Source: Octopus bimaculoides (lineage: Eukaryota). From it: a DNA stretch of 56,762 nt. The stretch covers positions 153,129,426-153,186,187 of the forward strand of contig NC_068983.1 in the NCBI RefSeq assembly GCF_001194135.2. The letters are read 5' to 3'. The translations under genes and the position numbers were made by a program. The notes under the pieces are model-generated. The model was given only the letters and a program-made list of their open reading frames with translations. It had not been told where the DNA came from and did not search any database. This document shows, piece by piece, positions 13,280-26,672 of the stretch (its first letter is position 1; each line of letters opens with the position of its first letter).

Positions 13280-14938
13280 TTTTTTTGGAGTGTGTATCAT
13301 TAGATAGATATATAGAGAGATAATGAGAAACATACAGAGAGAATAAATGTGAGAGAATTATGAACTCACACTGATAAGAAGGTACAATACCGTTATAAAC
13401 GTGTAGATTCTCCGATTTTTCATTTTTGTGACGAAATGCCCAAGTATCAACTAACAGAGACTCAGATTGATAGAAAACAATGTAGAATGGCATTCGGGAA
13501 AAGCGTTTACTGTAATGAATTAAGAGAATACCCTTATTATCGAATACACACACAAGTATCAGCAGAAGGAATACTGAACAAAACATCTGTTAAAAATGTA
13601 AACGTAAGAGGCCGTATATTGTTATATTGGACAGACAAGTAAAATCAGGGTGATAGACAATTGCTCCGAAACATCCAGTTTCTATATCCAGATTATAAAT
13701 TCATATTTATACCAATAATAATCGTTGCATTTTGTTTTGTGAGTAAAAGAATAATTGATCATCTAGATAAGCTAGGGTTTTCAAAACGAAAAAAAAATTA
13801 TAATAAATAAACCAACTGTCTAATGATAGAAATATCATTAGCACAATAGAAATACAATCTGCAAGTGAAATAATAAAGATATGCAAGACTTTTATTGACA
13901 TTAAAATGTGAATGTTTTCATATTATATACATTCTAGTGACGTAGTTTTGTATCTTTGTTATAAATCAGCTGCTTCCTTAGCAGAAGACTTTCACTAATT
14001 CAATGTAGTAGTTGGGTGTAGCAGTAGATGGATGTGTAGCCAAGAGCCCAGATGATGTGTGCATGCATGTGTGCGGATGTGTGTGTGGGGGGGTTTAAGT
14101 GTGTTACTGGGTCTGTAGGTATGTATTTGTCTGTGGGTTGATAGATTTTTACACATATCTATGTGTACATTTGTATGTAGTGCTGTGACCGACATGGAAT
14201 CTGAGTGGAAGAGGCTCATAGATTTCAAAGGTTGACGTAGTAATATCGCCTCCACCAAGCATATTTTTCTACTCAGTTGCAGGCAAAACTCATTGGTCTG
14301 AACTCAGATGCTTTGAGAGAATGCATACCGCATTCCTCAGGAAATACAGCTGTTCAAGTGCCGTTTTTGTTAGAAGGGATGGCTTGCCGCATCATTTTGC
14401 ATTGAAATCAGCTGCTGTAGATTCTGACGAAAATCAATACAGACGATTAGAGGATCAGTGCAAATGATAGGGTTGGACAACAAATAACGCAAAAAGGACA
14501 CTAAGGATATAGCCTTGGCAGCTGAGAAAAAAGGTCAATGTGTGAATGGTTGGTAAGAAAACGTAGGTGAAACCCTTATACAGTGAAAAGCTAATTCTGC
14601 CCTTGCTCTGTCAGTCACGCAAATTGAACAGGGCAAAAGGCTAAACGCATGTGACGCTGGGACACCTGCTGCAGAAAAACGTATATTCAAGGGTTCACTA
14701 TATTTACAGGAAAGTGCACTTTAAATCCTCTATTTCAGATGTTTATTTCACACATAATCAAACACAAATATATACACACGCGCTCACACACACAAAGACA
14801 CGCACACACAAACAGACACACAGACATATACACACACCTACACACAAACGCATGCAGGCGCACATGCGCATGCGCACACACATACACACGTAAACATACA
14901 CACATGTATGTATGTGTATCTATGTGTATATATATTTG

Positions 14939-14980
<42 letters not shown>

Positions 14981-15448
14981 NNNNNNNNNNNNNNNNNNNN
15001 NNNNNNNNNNNNNNNNNNNNNNNNNNNNNNNNNNNNNNNNNNNNNNNNNNNNNNNNNNNNNNNNNNNNNNNNNNNNNNNNNNNNNNNNNNNNNNNNNNNN
15101 NNNNNNNNNNNNNNNNNNNNNNNNNNNNNNNNNNNNNNNNNNNNNNNNNNNNNNNNNNNNNNNNNNNNNNNNNNNNNNNNNNNNNNNNNNNNNNNNNNNN
15201 NNNNNNNNNNNNNNNNNNNNNNNNNNNNNNNNNNNNNNNNNNNNNNNNNNNNNNNNNNNNNNNNNNNNNNNNNNNNNNNNNNNNNNNNNNNNNNNNNNNN
15301 NNNNNNNNNNNNNNNNNNNNNNNNNNNNNNNNNNNNNNNNNNNNNNNNNNNNNNNNNNNNNNNNNNNNNNNNNNNNNNNNNNNNNNNNNNNNNNNNNNNN
15401 NNNNNNNNNNNNNNNNNNNNNNNNNNNNNNNNNNNNTATATATATTTG

Positions 15449-15492
<44 letters not shown>

Positions 15493-15649
15493 CGTATATA
15501 TATGTATATAGATACACACACACACATTGGCAAAATTAAACATAATAGCAGCGGGGGAATGAACGGATAATTCAAACTCAAGACACGGTCCTGTCTCCTC
15601 TATGAATTTATACGTTTGTTTACTATACTTTCTAGAGACGTTAGACATC

Positions 15650-15745
15650 GAGCATGCTGGGGCACCGACTTAAATGGCTTAATCGATACAGTTGACCTCA
15701 TTATTTCTTTAAAATCTAATAGTCTAATATTTATTGAATCGGAAT
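15650..15745 (-). mobile_element. SINE tail fragment related to family A
   Basis: catgctggggcaccg..aatcga..tgacctca resembles the catgctggagcaccg tail at 9718. Confidence 0.45.
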
Positions 15746-16985
15746 CTTGTTGCCTGAGTGCCATAGTGATAAGAGGTTATTACACAAAGAAACGTTGGCT
15801 TTCAAGCGATGTAATAACTGCAATCATTAAGACGTACACGTACGCAAGCGTGCGCGTGCATACACATGCACACACACACGCACACACACACGCACGCACA
15901 TACACACACACACACACTCACACATATTCTTATACATACACTTATATATGTATGTCTGTGTCCATTTTTCTTTAATAAGAGTATTTGTGCTTATACATAC
16001 ATACACCCACATACACACTCAAATACATATTTATTTACACTCATTGAAGAATAGATATATAGATATACATATGTAGCGAGAAATACGCATAAATATTGAG
16101 ATGAACTGCCTACTCTGGTTAGTGTTGTATAACCATATATCAAAGATATTCATGAATAAGTGGCAAATGAATGAGACGTTATCAGATCTTATTAATATAC
16201 GAATTGAAAACATTCAGCGTTAACATTACACAGGATTCGTCCTGTTTTTTTTTTTTTTATATATATTTCTCAAATAAACTGTGTCTTATTCACGGTGAGA
16301 TCCTATCTATATGGACATTAGTCTTTCAAGACATGAATTGGAGAGGTGTCTCTATAACCCTTAATTACAAGATACATGGTATGGTTCTCTGGTTCTGAAA
16401 AAGCAAAACTAACTCAACGTGAATGTGTTTGAAGAAGCAAGTACTGTTTCAATAAACAATTTCTCTTTCTGTCTCTTTTTCTCTCACCCACTATTTATAG
16501 TGTGTGTGTATGTGTGTGTGTGTGTGTGTGTGCGTGTGTGTGTGCATACATGTTTGCACATATATGTATTAAAATACACACACAGATATGTTTGCATGTA
16601 AGGTACACAAATATATACACACAGGTACAAAAAGACGCACACATAGATATACAAATACACAGATATTTATGAACATCTGAATTTGTCTTATATATATCTA
16701 TGTGCATGTGTGTCAGATATTACGCACAAAATACACACACACACACAAACCCACACACACACACACAACTAAATATATTTATATATCATCGATATCACTA
16801 CACACATGCAAGTAATAGTTGCAACTTTCTTCCTTTACATTTTTGCACATATTATTTACTCCGCTTTGTATATTTATATGTTCATTGTGTGTAGCATGCG
16901 GTGGCAAGTTTTAACTCGAAGATGTTATATTCATGGCACTGAAAGAAACCCGATTTATCTCTTTTTAATTTCCTCTGTCCTATAG

Positions 16986-17065
16986 AAGACATGCGGAAAT
17001 TTCATACTAAAGAATTCGAAACGGCTGCCTCCCGTTCTGGAAATATTCCATTAAAACAATGTTAT
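16986..17065 (+). CDS. Candidate internal coding exon of an unidentified gene
   Basis: Strong acceptor tctctttttaatttcctctgtcctatag, open frame DMRKFHTKEFETAASRSGNIPLKQCY, donor gtaaat; no homology recognised. Confidence 0.2.
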
Positions 17066-20000
17066 GTAAATATTGGATTTTTTTTTTTATATTTGAAACT
17101 TTGCAGAAAACTATATTTCTTGTTGTGAAAGCATTACTACTGCAAAAGAAGTATCATATCATTTGACGTTATTCACTGGAGTACAATACATATTTTTGAA
17201 GCTTTTTTTTTTGTTTTGTTCTTCTAGTTTATAATTTATTTATGTTTATCTTCTTNNNNNNNNNNATATATATATATATATATATAGACACGATTATAAG
17301 CGAAGTCAATGAGAGATAGAAAATAATAAGCCGAAAGATCGGCATTTCGTATCTTATTAACATGAGTTCATTTCAACGCAGGAACTTTTGTTTAACTACA
17401 GCAGGAATATAATATACAACAGTGTACTCTTGTATTATATCTGCTAACACATACGATCAACCGACCAAACATTCTAAACATCCAACAATAAAAACACTAT
17501 GTAGCTGTTTGATATGCTAGAAATAGAAGCCAAATTTCCTTCACATCACTCCATACTTCATTATATATGGAGCGAATATAACAGAATGTAGATCTACATG
17601 GTTTAACTGTGATGAGCTTGCCAAATCTGCAGCACCTTAAACTTATGATTCTAGCACATCAGGGTTGATTTGGAGCTAAAACCAATTCAACAACTAATCT
17701 GGCAATGTAAACAGTTGACCTAACTGCTAAATAGAAAGGCCACACTGAAATATGCAAGACAAGATTTGAGTGAAGTTGAGTTCATGTATAAAAGTTTATG
17801 TACTGTTTTTATAGCTGTCACATTGGTTAAGAGCGGATATTACTTTCAATTTCCCATTATACTTCTCTAATGCTTATTTTATGTAAATATATCTTCCTTG
17901 TCTTTTAACAAATCCATTTTCCATTGTGTTCATTAGAAAAATTGATCATTCAATGGATATTAATGTAAAAGTACTCAACGAATCGGGTATACAAACTGCA
18001 ATTCCTTCAGTCATTTTTAGGCATCAGATGAAAAATAATAAATATCAGTAAATAACTTTTCCTTAAAAGAAGAAATTATAGGTATTTTGAATGTATTAGA
18101 AATATATTTTAAAGTTAACATACGTCTTTTGTAAACATATCGTGCTGCGAGATTATTGTAAAAAATAAAAACCTAACCAATAATTTGAAACACAAACTTT
18201 TATCGATTTCTTGCTGAAATTTATTCACTAATTATACGGTAATTTTATTGTTGACGGACGTAAGATCCTCACGCATATTTTTAAAAATGAGCAATGACGT
18301 TTTGCCTTAAGATTATATAACGAATGATGTGCTACCACATTACAAATAATGTTTCTCATGAAAGCACTTAAAAAGGGCGTCATTCTATAGTTTTAGATGT
18401 AAAATTTGTTTTATAGTAAAATCCAATTTAGTTTCATTCCATCACTTTCAGTTTTAACTCTAACTGAAGTAAAAATTTATTCATACTTTTGATCCTAAAC
18501 TAGTGATGCATTAATGTCGATTAAGTCATCCATATGACGTTCCTGAATATTTCAGCTTCGTATACTTCTGCGGTATTGTTAATTTATTTGGTTCACAAAG
18601 TACGTTAGTTTACTTTTTGTAGCAAAGAATATAACAATAAAGTTAATTGCTTCAAACACTTAGGAAAAATAACTCATCACAGGATTAGATAGTTTGCACT
18701 CTGGTTAAATATGCTAAATACTCTCAGACACTACTTTTGATTGGAATTACATGAATGGCCTTATCTAGCTATTGGGCATATTTCGATAAGTTTTAGAAAG
18801 ATATCATTACATTTTATTTCGCCTTTATAAGCATTGTGCTTTAGAATAAAGAGTGAAAAGTATTCTACAAAACATTTCCATTCTGCAGTTCTTTCTTTTA
18901 ATGACTTTACAAAAGTCATTAAAAAATTAAACAAGAATTACGAAAATTTCGTATATTAATTTATTACTGTCTTCTTATTCTGCCATTCTCTATTCATTTC
19001 GTTCTAGGAAGGAAATTATATTAATCAACACTATTTCGTTTCCAAAGTTATGGGAGTGACTGAAAGGCAACTTGGTGTGCTGGGTGTGAATAATATATCA
19101 GTTTGATTAAGTCGTAGATTTCACATAACCGAAGCCCACATATCTTAGAAATTTTTCTACACTTAGAATTTCAAACACGCTTATTTTGATGATATCTAGT
19201 CGTGATTGCATACATTTTTAGATATTAGGTCATCCAATTTATGACTTGTTAAATGCTGGAATTTGAACTATATTTCGTGTGCTCCAAGCAAACGATTCAC
19301 CATCTTTCTCTCAATGACAATGAAATTAGACCACTAGTGCCTATGAATGCAGGCCTCCAGTAAGATAATTTTGACAGGTTTATACAGGAGTTTAGTCGGT
19401 TGAGCAATTAGCGCAGATACATAGCGGTTACTATTGTGCCATATTTCAAGTTTCTGGTGGGGGTTTCAAAAAAGAGCAGACAGTTTGTGGTTGGTATTCC
19501 AGTAGTCACTTATGGAGATATTTTCCAGGAATGTTATTGCACTACACAAGATGTTCATATCTACTAGAGTAAAAGGTAAGTGCCTCCTCCATTTCTTTTT
19601 CAAAAGAATGTTACAGTAATTTCTTGTTGAAGACAGATCTTATGTGGTTGCTAAGACTTCACTTTTCAGCCCTGAAAGACTGAGGCTTCATATAAAGTAG
19701 TTAAGCTAACTTTTTGAGCATGAATTTGGTGTCGTATAACTTCATATACATTGCTACCAGCTATGGTTGATACCAAGCTCTGCATTTCTTCAATATCTCA
19801 CAATAGAAGGTGGGACCGAGAGACAAACATTAGTATCAGATTTTCTTTGTAACGTAGTGCAGTTGACATTGCAGGTTAAAAGCAGTAGATCCCACATTGA
19901 GTTTTTGTTGCATTCGAAGTGCTTTATATTACTGTTACAAAAACATTTATGAAACAACTATTCATATGTTTTTTTTGCTCACATCATACCATAGAATCTC

Positions 20001-22350
20001 TGAAGTAAAATGTTTTCTTTTTCATTGACGAAGGAACGCCACGCAGAATTTGCATGCAGTATAAAAAGACAATGACGTATATTCGCCGCAAAAATTACCC
20101 TCAAAAGAAGAAAGATATGCATTGTCGACAAAATAAGTGAAATTGTTTTCTATTGAGTTCAACTGTGTGTTTGCCGTAGATGTAATAGAATTCATTTGGA
20201 TGTTTGCAATAGGCTCTTCGTGTTGAACTCATATTTGATAAGCAATGTTAAATCTCTGAACGAGGTATTAACAGTAACTGCACGTTAAAGTGAAGTATAT
20301 TTGCCACTTCAATGTGGCTGACCCTGAGGGGTGGATGTTACTGTTGCTTTTAGCCCCAGGAGGACATCTCCTCCAGCTGGCTATCGACACACATCTGTGT
20401 CCTGTCTGTATTTGCCAAGGGAAGTTATCTTTCCCATCTTGATCTACGATACGTACGTACTCGAGTTTCAGGGTTATTTCCCTTCTTCAGCGTACGACAA
20501 TCGCCGACCTTCGATGCAAAATATATCAACAAAAAAATAATAAGTCTCAAAAGCAATTTTTCACTTACGGTTGCTAGAAAACATTACAAAATAAAAGCTG
20601 ATATATTCTGGTAAAATCCCTGATACATGTCAGAATGCATATTGGTAAAATCCAATGAGTCAGCTGTACTATGATGCAGCATCCCGATTAAGCTTCATTA
20701 ATTGTACGAGTTCATTAATTTCAGAGTATTATGATCACTGACTTAATCTTACAACATAATTCAACTTCTAAACCATATTTTAATCCTATTCAGAAAGAGC
20801 CATTTAATAATATTGTAAAAGGGCAACATCAATCCTTGAGTTGAATACGTTATTTTTAAAACCAGAGGCAATCTTGGAAAACTGTTGTCATTTTTCATTT
20901 AAGCATCCTCAAATTACCATGAATTCACTCGAATATTTTTGGCGATTAAAAATAAAAGCTTTCTGTAAACTAGTGTCATTAATAATATTTCTCCAATGAG
21001 AAATATATATAATATCATTTCAATCATTATACAGTGATAATTCTAACACGGAAGCAATATACGATAATAGTTTCAACTAAATTCAAAGCATTAAACGGCC
21101 AAATTGCCTTTGTAATTCCTTTAAGATTCCTTCAGGTTATGTTGATCTATGAACTCAGGCACATACCATATTCATCCTTCGGGTTTTACTTTGTAACTCT
21201 GCGCAAAATTACAATTGTAACAGTAGGGAAGCACTATTGGGATTTTTTATTAACTGGGTTTAAATTGCAATTAGCGACTTACAAATAATTTCTGATTTCA
21301 ATAATTGTTTTTCATTTGCATATCGACTAACACTGATGCAGTTAGAGTTCCAATAATTACATAGCTGAAAGTTAAACCACACAAAGGTAAAAAGGGAAAG
21401 GTCTTTCAGCTACATATCTTTTTAACTAACAGTGTAGATTTAAATTACCAATCTTGAAAAGCAAAACAGGAATTTAATTTTCATGCAATCTCATCCATAA
21501 ATCATACAAATATTTTATATCCGGATGATCAACCGGCTTCATATGCTTATCGATTGTATATTCTTTTATTGCCCCATCACCGAACATGTGGTTGCCGTGG
21601 TTGCAAATAAAAATAATAAAATGGGTAGGAATTATAATTTGGTACGCAATCTACATGATAGGTGTGCTGGTTATATTAGCCGAAATGCAATCCAATATAT
21701 ATATATATNNNNNNNNNNNNNNNNNNNNNNNNNNNNNNNNNNNNNNNNNNNNNNNNNNNNNNNNNNNNNNNNNNNNNNNNNNNNNNNNNNNNNNNNNNNN
21801 NNNNNNNNNNNNNNNNNNNNNNNNNNNNNNNNNNNNNNNNNNNNNNNNNNNNNNNNNNNNNNNNNNNNNNNNNNNNNNNNNNNNNNNNNNNNNNNNNNNN
21901 NNNNNNNNNNNNNNNNNNNNNNNNNNNNNNNNNNNNNNNNNNNNNNNNNNNNNNNNNNNNNNNNNNNNNNNNNNNNNNNNNNNNNNNNNNNNNNNNNNNN
22001 NNNNNNNNNNNNNNNNNNNNNNNNNNNNNNNNNNNNNNNNNNNNNNNNNNNNNNNNNNNNNNNNNNNNNNNNNNNNNNNNNNNNNNNNNNNNNNNNNNNN
22101 NNNNNNNNNNNNNNNNNNNNNNNNNNNNNNNNNNNNNNNNNNNNNNNNNNNNNNNNNNNNNNNNNNNNNNNNNNNNNNNNNNNNNNNNNNNNNNNNNNNN
22201 NNNNNNNNNNNNNNNNNNNNNNNNNNNNNNNNNNNNNNNNNNNNNNNNNNNNNNNNNNNNNNNNNNNNNNNNNNNNNNNNNNNNNNNNNNNNNNNNNNNN
22301 NNNNNNNNNNNNNNNNNNNNNNNNNNNNNNNNNNNNNNNNNNNNNNNNNN

Positions 22351-22388
<38 letters not shown>

Positions 22389-23499
22389 AAACTACTCTAC
22401 TGTAGTGGCTTCGAATATGTGTGTGTATGTATATATATATATATATGCATATTACGGTGTATATATGTTTGTCGGTGTGTCAGTAGGTACATTTACTTTT
22501 ACACAGCAAATATTTCATGCGCAGCAGACATTGCAATATTGATTTGATAAATCAATAGTAAATTTGATTGTAAAAGTCCACTGTTACATTTTCTAAAACT
22601 AATGTCTCAATTAAGTCGAACGACAATGCTATTCTTTTCACATAACACTGAAAGTCCGTTTCTTAATAAGTTAAGTATGTGTCACGTTTTGCATTATTAT
22701 AGACACGAAACAATAATCGGAAGACGTGGACGCAATAATGAAATCGCATTTCGAAACAATGGAAATATTTCAATGAATAAGAAAGTTGCTGTTATTCTTT
22801 TTATTCAAGTATCTCTTTCATTCATTACAAAATGAGAGTGAAAGCAGAAGGAATTTTAGTTCGAATTGTTATGGAACTTTATTGCTTAAGACTTACTTTT
22901 ATTGTAAGATGTGCCGTGAATATGCTTATATAAATTTTTGTGTTTCATAACGATTATTTTTTCTAACTGAGACTGTACTGGATGAGGCAAGACAGGGGAA
23001 GCAACTGAATAAGAGTTGCTGGATTGTCGCATTTACAGAATCGATGTGTAATACATTTTTGAAGTATTACTAGACTTTCAACTCAAAATATTTTGGGAGA
23101 AATTCCCTGCATATCTTCTGTAGATATATAAGTTAGTATTATGAAACGAAGCTCTCATTTCGTTACACCTCTGACAGTTCATGTATATCACTGTTTTGAA
23201 AATCTGCTGGCGATAGTAGTTCACACAGTCTTAGTGTTTTCTGGGATCTGCATTAATACTATGTTATTTTTATTTCAATGTTACGTTTGCCTCTATGAAA
23301 GTGAGAAAAGGATTCAGTGCAGTCAAGTCCCGTACTCGATTGCTAATGAAAGGTCTTCTGCGTGGTATAGTAAATGATATTCCTAAGAAAATTTCTTCTC
23401 ATCTGTGAATTACTTCATGGTGAATCTAAAAGAAAACATCCAACAGATGTGACACACAATCCAAGCAGTGTATAAAACTCAAACAATCGTTGTTCGCTC

Positions 23500-24900
23500 T
23501 CATTAATACTGATAATCCCATACCATCCTAAGCACTTTGGCCAGGATTAATTGTCTGCACTTTGGTGGTATTAGTAGCTGAACTGTATTCGGTTACATCT
23601 CGAAGCGAATCTTCCTAAAATTTGCTAACAGACTTAATAAATGAAATTATAAACATATACAGCTACATACCTATAATACTGAATCCAAGCGTCGATGCAA
23701 GCTATAAAATTTCAAGCAAGCATTATTTAGTTGTCTATATTCACTACATAGGTAAGTGTACTGAGCCGCTGCTCTGAAGGCACCAAGTACCCGAAGCTGA
23801 TCCTGGATTGGAATCGTTTGAACTGCCAATAAGTATTCGTCATAGAATTAATCATTCCTTATGATGCATCAGGCATCGGGCAGTAGACCCTGATAAATTT
23901 GACAAGTTTATCAGCTATATCGATTCAAACTTAATGGATGCGATCTGTCCATCTTTCGTTGGGCACCAACATATTTAGCAATGAGATTCTTATAGCAATA
24001 AGTTTCTCATAGCAAAACCAAATCTATGCTCCCTGGAGTCGTATCAGGAAACTCCCTGCATGGCATGTCTTGTGTAGAGTTGTGACTTTCACTTGAAATT
24101 TTATTAACTCAATCATTATTGTAGCAGTCATTCTTATGTCGTGAATCTTTTGGAAAATATTTAACAGACCAATGGTCATCGGCTTCAAATTCATGCACCC
24201 TAACCATCAGTAGTGGTTTTTTCTTGTGTCTCTTTATTATACTGGATGCAGCTTTTACCATCCGCGATCCAGGTTACCTATATTCCCGAGCTGGATGCAG
24301 CTTGTGATGCAGGTGCATTGAGGCGGGAGAGCCCCAAATTGACTGACTTTTTCGTACTAGAGGTGAACGTTATCTGTCCAGTAAGCAAGATAGGCTCTTC
24401 CTCCATTGACAACTACCCCTGGTGAGAAACTCCACGCCCACGGAACGCAGGCCTATAAATGGTTGACTGCTGCCTTGTGTATTATGTCATCTCAAAGAGG
24501 TGCTTCTGGCATGTCTGTACCTGAGTGCAGAACAAGGTAGGTTAGTAGGAAACAAACAGCGGTTCATGCAGTAGGTTTCCCCTTGATGTTGTCCGTAGGA
24601 AGAGAAGGGTCGATACAATCCGGGATCGTGTTTTACAGAAGTTGCTAGAACAATTTTGAAAATAACGTTGCGCAACCTGAAGAACCTCAGTCCCAAAATC
24701 ATTCACAAGGGTGGGCATTCCCGCATGTCATTAGACTACATTTTTACTTACATGAATTCATCTACCCGAAGGAATTTTAAGGCACCAAAACCCGCCTTTC
24801 TGCCTTCTCAAGGCAGTGAGAACATCTCCAACGGCTAAGCCGCACAACAGAACCAGCATTCAGACTTGGATATTAGTGATTAGTTTAGACGTTTACCTTG
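23500..24900 (-). mobile_element. Degenerate RTE-type LINE, 5' region and APE endonuclease
   Basis: Minus-strand frames give HRFGFAMRNLL, DGQIASIKF, VYCPMPDAS, FYDE and AVQTIPIQDQLRVLGAF, matching the GVGF / VYAPT..A / K..FY..L / IP..D...VLGDF motifs of APE domains. Extent beyond 24250 (putative 5' UTR) is less certain. Confidence 0.7.
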
Positions 24901-25369
24901 AGAACCACTTCTTGGTAGTGGATGATTATACCCACCACCAATCCTCGGTTTGACTAACTTGCTCACACACACACAAACACACAAACACACATACAGACAC
25001 ACACAAATAAACAAGCACGTACGCACACACACGCTGGCGCGCGCATGCACACGCTTGGATATATGTAAACCATTACTTTGGCGTGGTTTATATATTTATA
25101 CACTGTTCAATATTTTATGAATAGTGTATATACTCATGCATAATAAGAATAAACTTTACTTTGGTCGGGCTCAAACCTTATCGTCGACGACAAAGCCATT
25201 TCGCTAAGCTTTTCGATCTACTATTATCACGTCTAGTTCTCAGAGAGAATAAAGGAATAAAGGAATGGTAAAAGAAAATTTTACAAAAATATTAAATTGC
25301 AGCGTCTTAAGAAATTCCTGTATCAGAAACATATACATTTCTTGTGTGTGTGCGTCTGTGTGTGTGTGT

Positions 25370-25417
<48 letters not shown>

Positions 25418-26616
25418 GTGTACGCGTGTGATTGTATCTGTGACTGTCTGAATATATGTGATTATATCTGTATTTCTCTCTGCGTGTGATGTGTGTGCGT
25501 GCGTTTATATATATCTCATCATATTTTTACACTTCGTTTCCCATTCAAATGGTATTGCATCTCTGCCATATTATATACAAAATGATACTAATAACAATAT
25601 CAAATTCTTTTCTACCTTTGTCCTTTCTTGCATTCAACATCCTTCAGTAAATATCACAAATTGTAATTTCGTCCTTAAGCTAGCGATGTTCTGAAAATGC
25701 TGCATACGCCACTTTATTTAACAAAGAACATCGAATATATTCGCCTGATATTAACATATGTTTTTTGTACATTTACAATGTAAAGTTTCTTTCATCTTCA
25801 TCTCTATTAATTTGTACGATATTTATATGAAAAAAATTTCATAAATGTTATATGAGTTCTCAGCAGATTTCTGCATCTTTATTCATTAAGAATTATCGAA
25901 TAACATGGTTTAATTTACATAAAGAGTCATGGATCTCCATAATTGAGTCGTATACGTTATATTTCTTCGTGGTTTTGTTTCTTATTTCTTACTTGCTTTT
26001 GAAGATAGGTTATTTATTTTTCCACTTGATGCAACAAAATTGATCCCATAAGTGCGAAAAGAAATCTGAGGTGTTACTTGATAATGCTAACCTTAATTCA
26101 CTACCTTCTGTATGATTCATGCATAAATATTTACACACACATACACACACCCACACACACACACACACAAACACACACACATGCATATATGTATGTGTTC
26201 GCATATGTTTATCATATTCATAAATATAGAAATAGAGGATAGTTACTTCTGCAGCATATTATGTTAAGTTTCTACGACTTTTCAGAGATTCAGATCTCGG
26301 TCAATTATTGATAGGGAAAATTCCAAAGTATTTTTTCTCATACACTTGTGGTAAGTTTCGCTTATATATATATATATATATATNNNNNNNNNNNNNNNNT
26401 TTGATTTTACCCCTGAGAAATCCCTATGAAAAATTAACCAAGAGGAAACAAATAAGACAAACATATCTGGAAGTTGTTTCCTGAGTTACTCGATAAAAGC
26501 TGTGTGATAAAGATCAATGGGTTTTAGGTAAGTATTTTTTATCACGAGCAATGTTAGAGTAATTTTATGCTCTGTTGAGTAAGATGGATACTCCAATAGA
26601 ATTACCCCTTGAAAGT

Positions 26617-26619
<3 letters not shown>

Positions 26620-26666
<47 letters not shown>

Positions 26667-26672
26667 GAGAGG
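26620..26672. repeat. (GA)n microsatellite
   Basis: Direct reading. Confidence 0.95.

Noticed and set aside
12380-13302. Identical atatatgtatgtatgtttatttttttggagtgtgtatcatta on both sides of the gap
   Set aside because: Typical unmerged contig overlap at a microsatellite; most likely an assembly artefact, not a real duplication.
14925-15490. Identical tatatatttgcacacacacacacacacacatatata on both sides of the gap
   Set aside because: Same gap-flank artefact; the true gap may be near zero.
21360-25135. Short hairpins at ~21361-21412 (tagctgaaag/ctttcagcta), ~23983-24020 and ~25098-25131
   Set aside because: Stems of 10-13 bp in AT-rich DNA are expected by chance and are too short for pre-miRNAs; one lies inside the RTE remnant.
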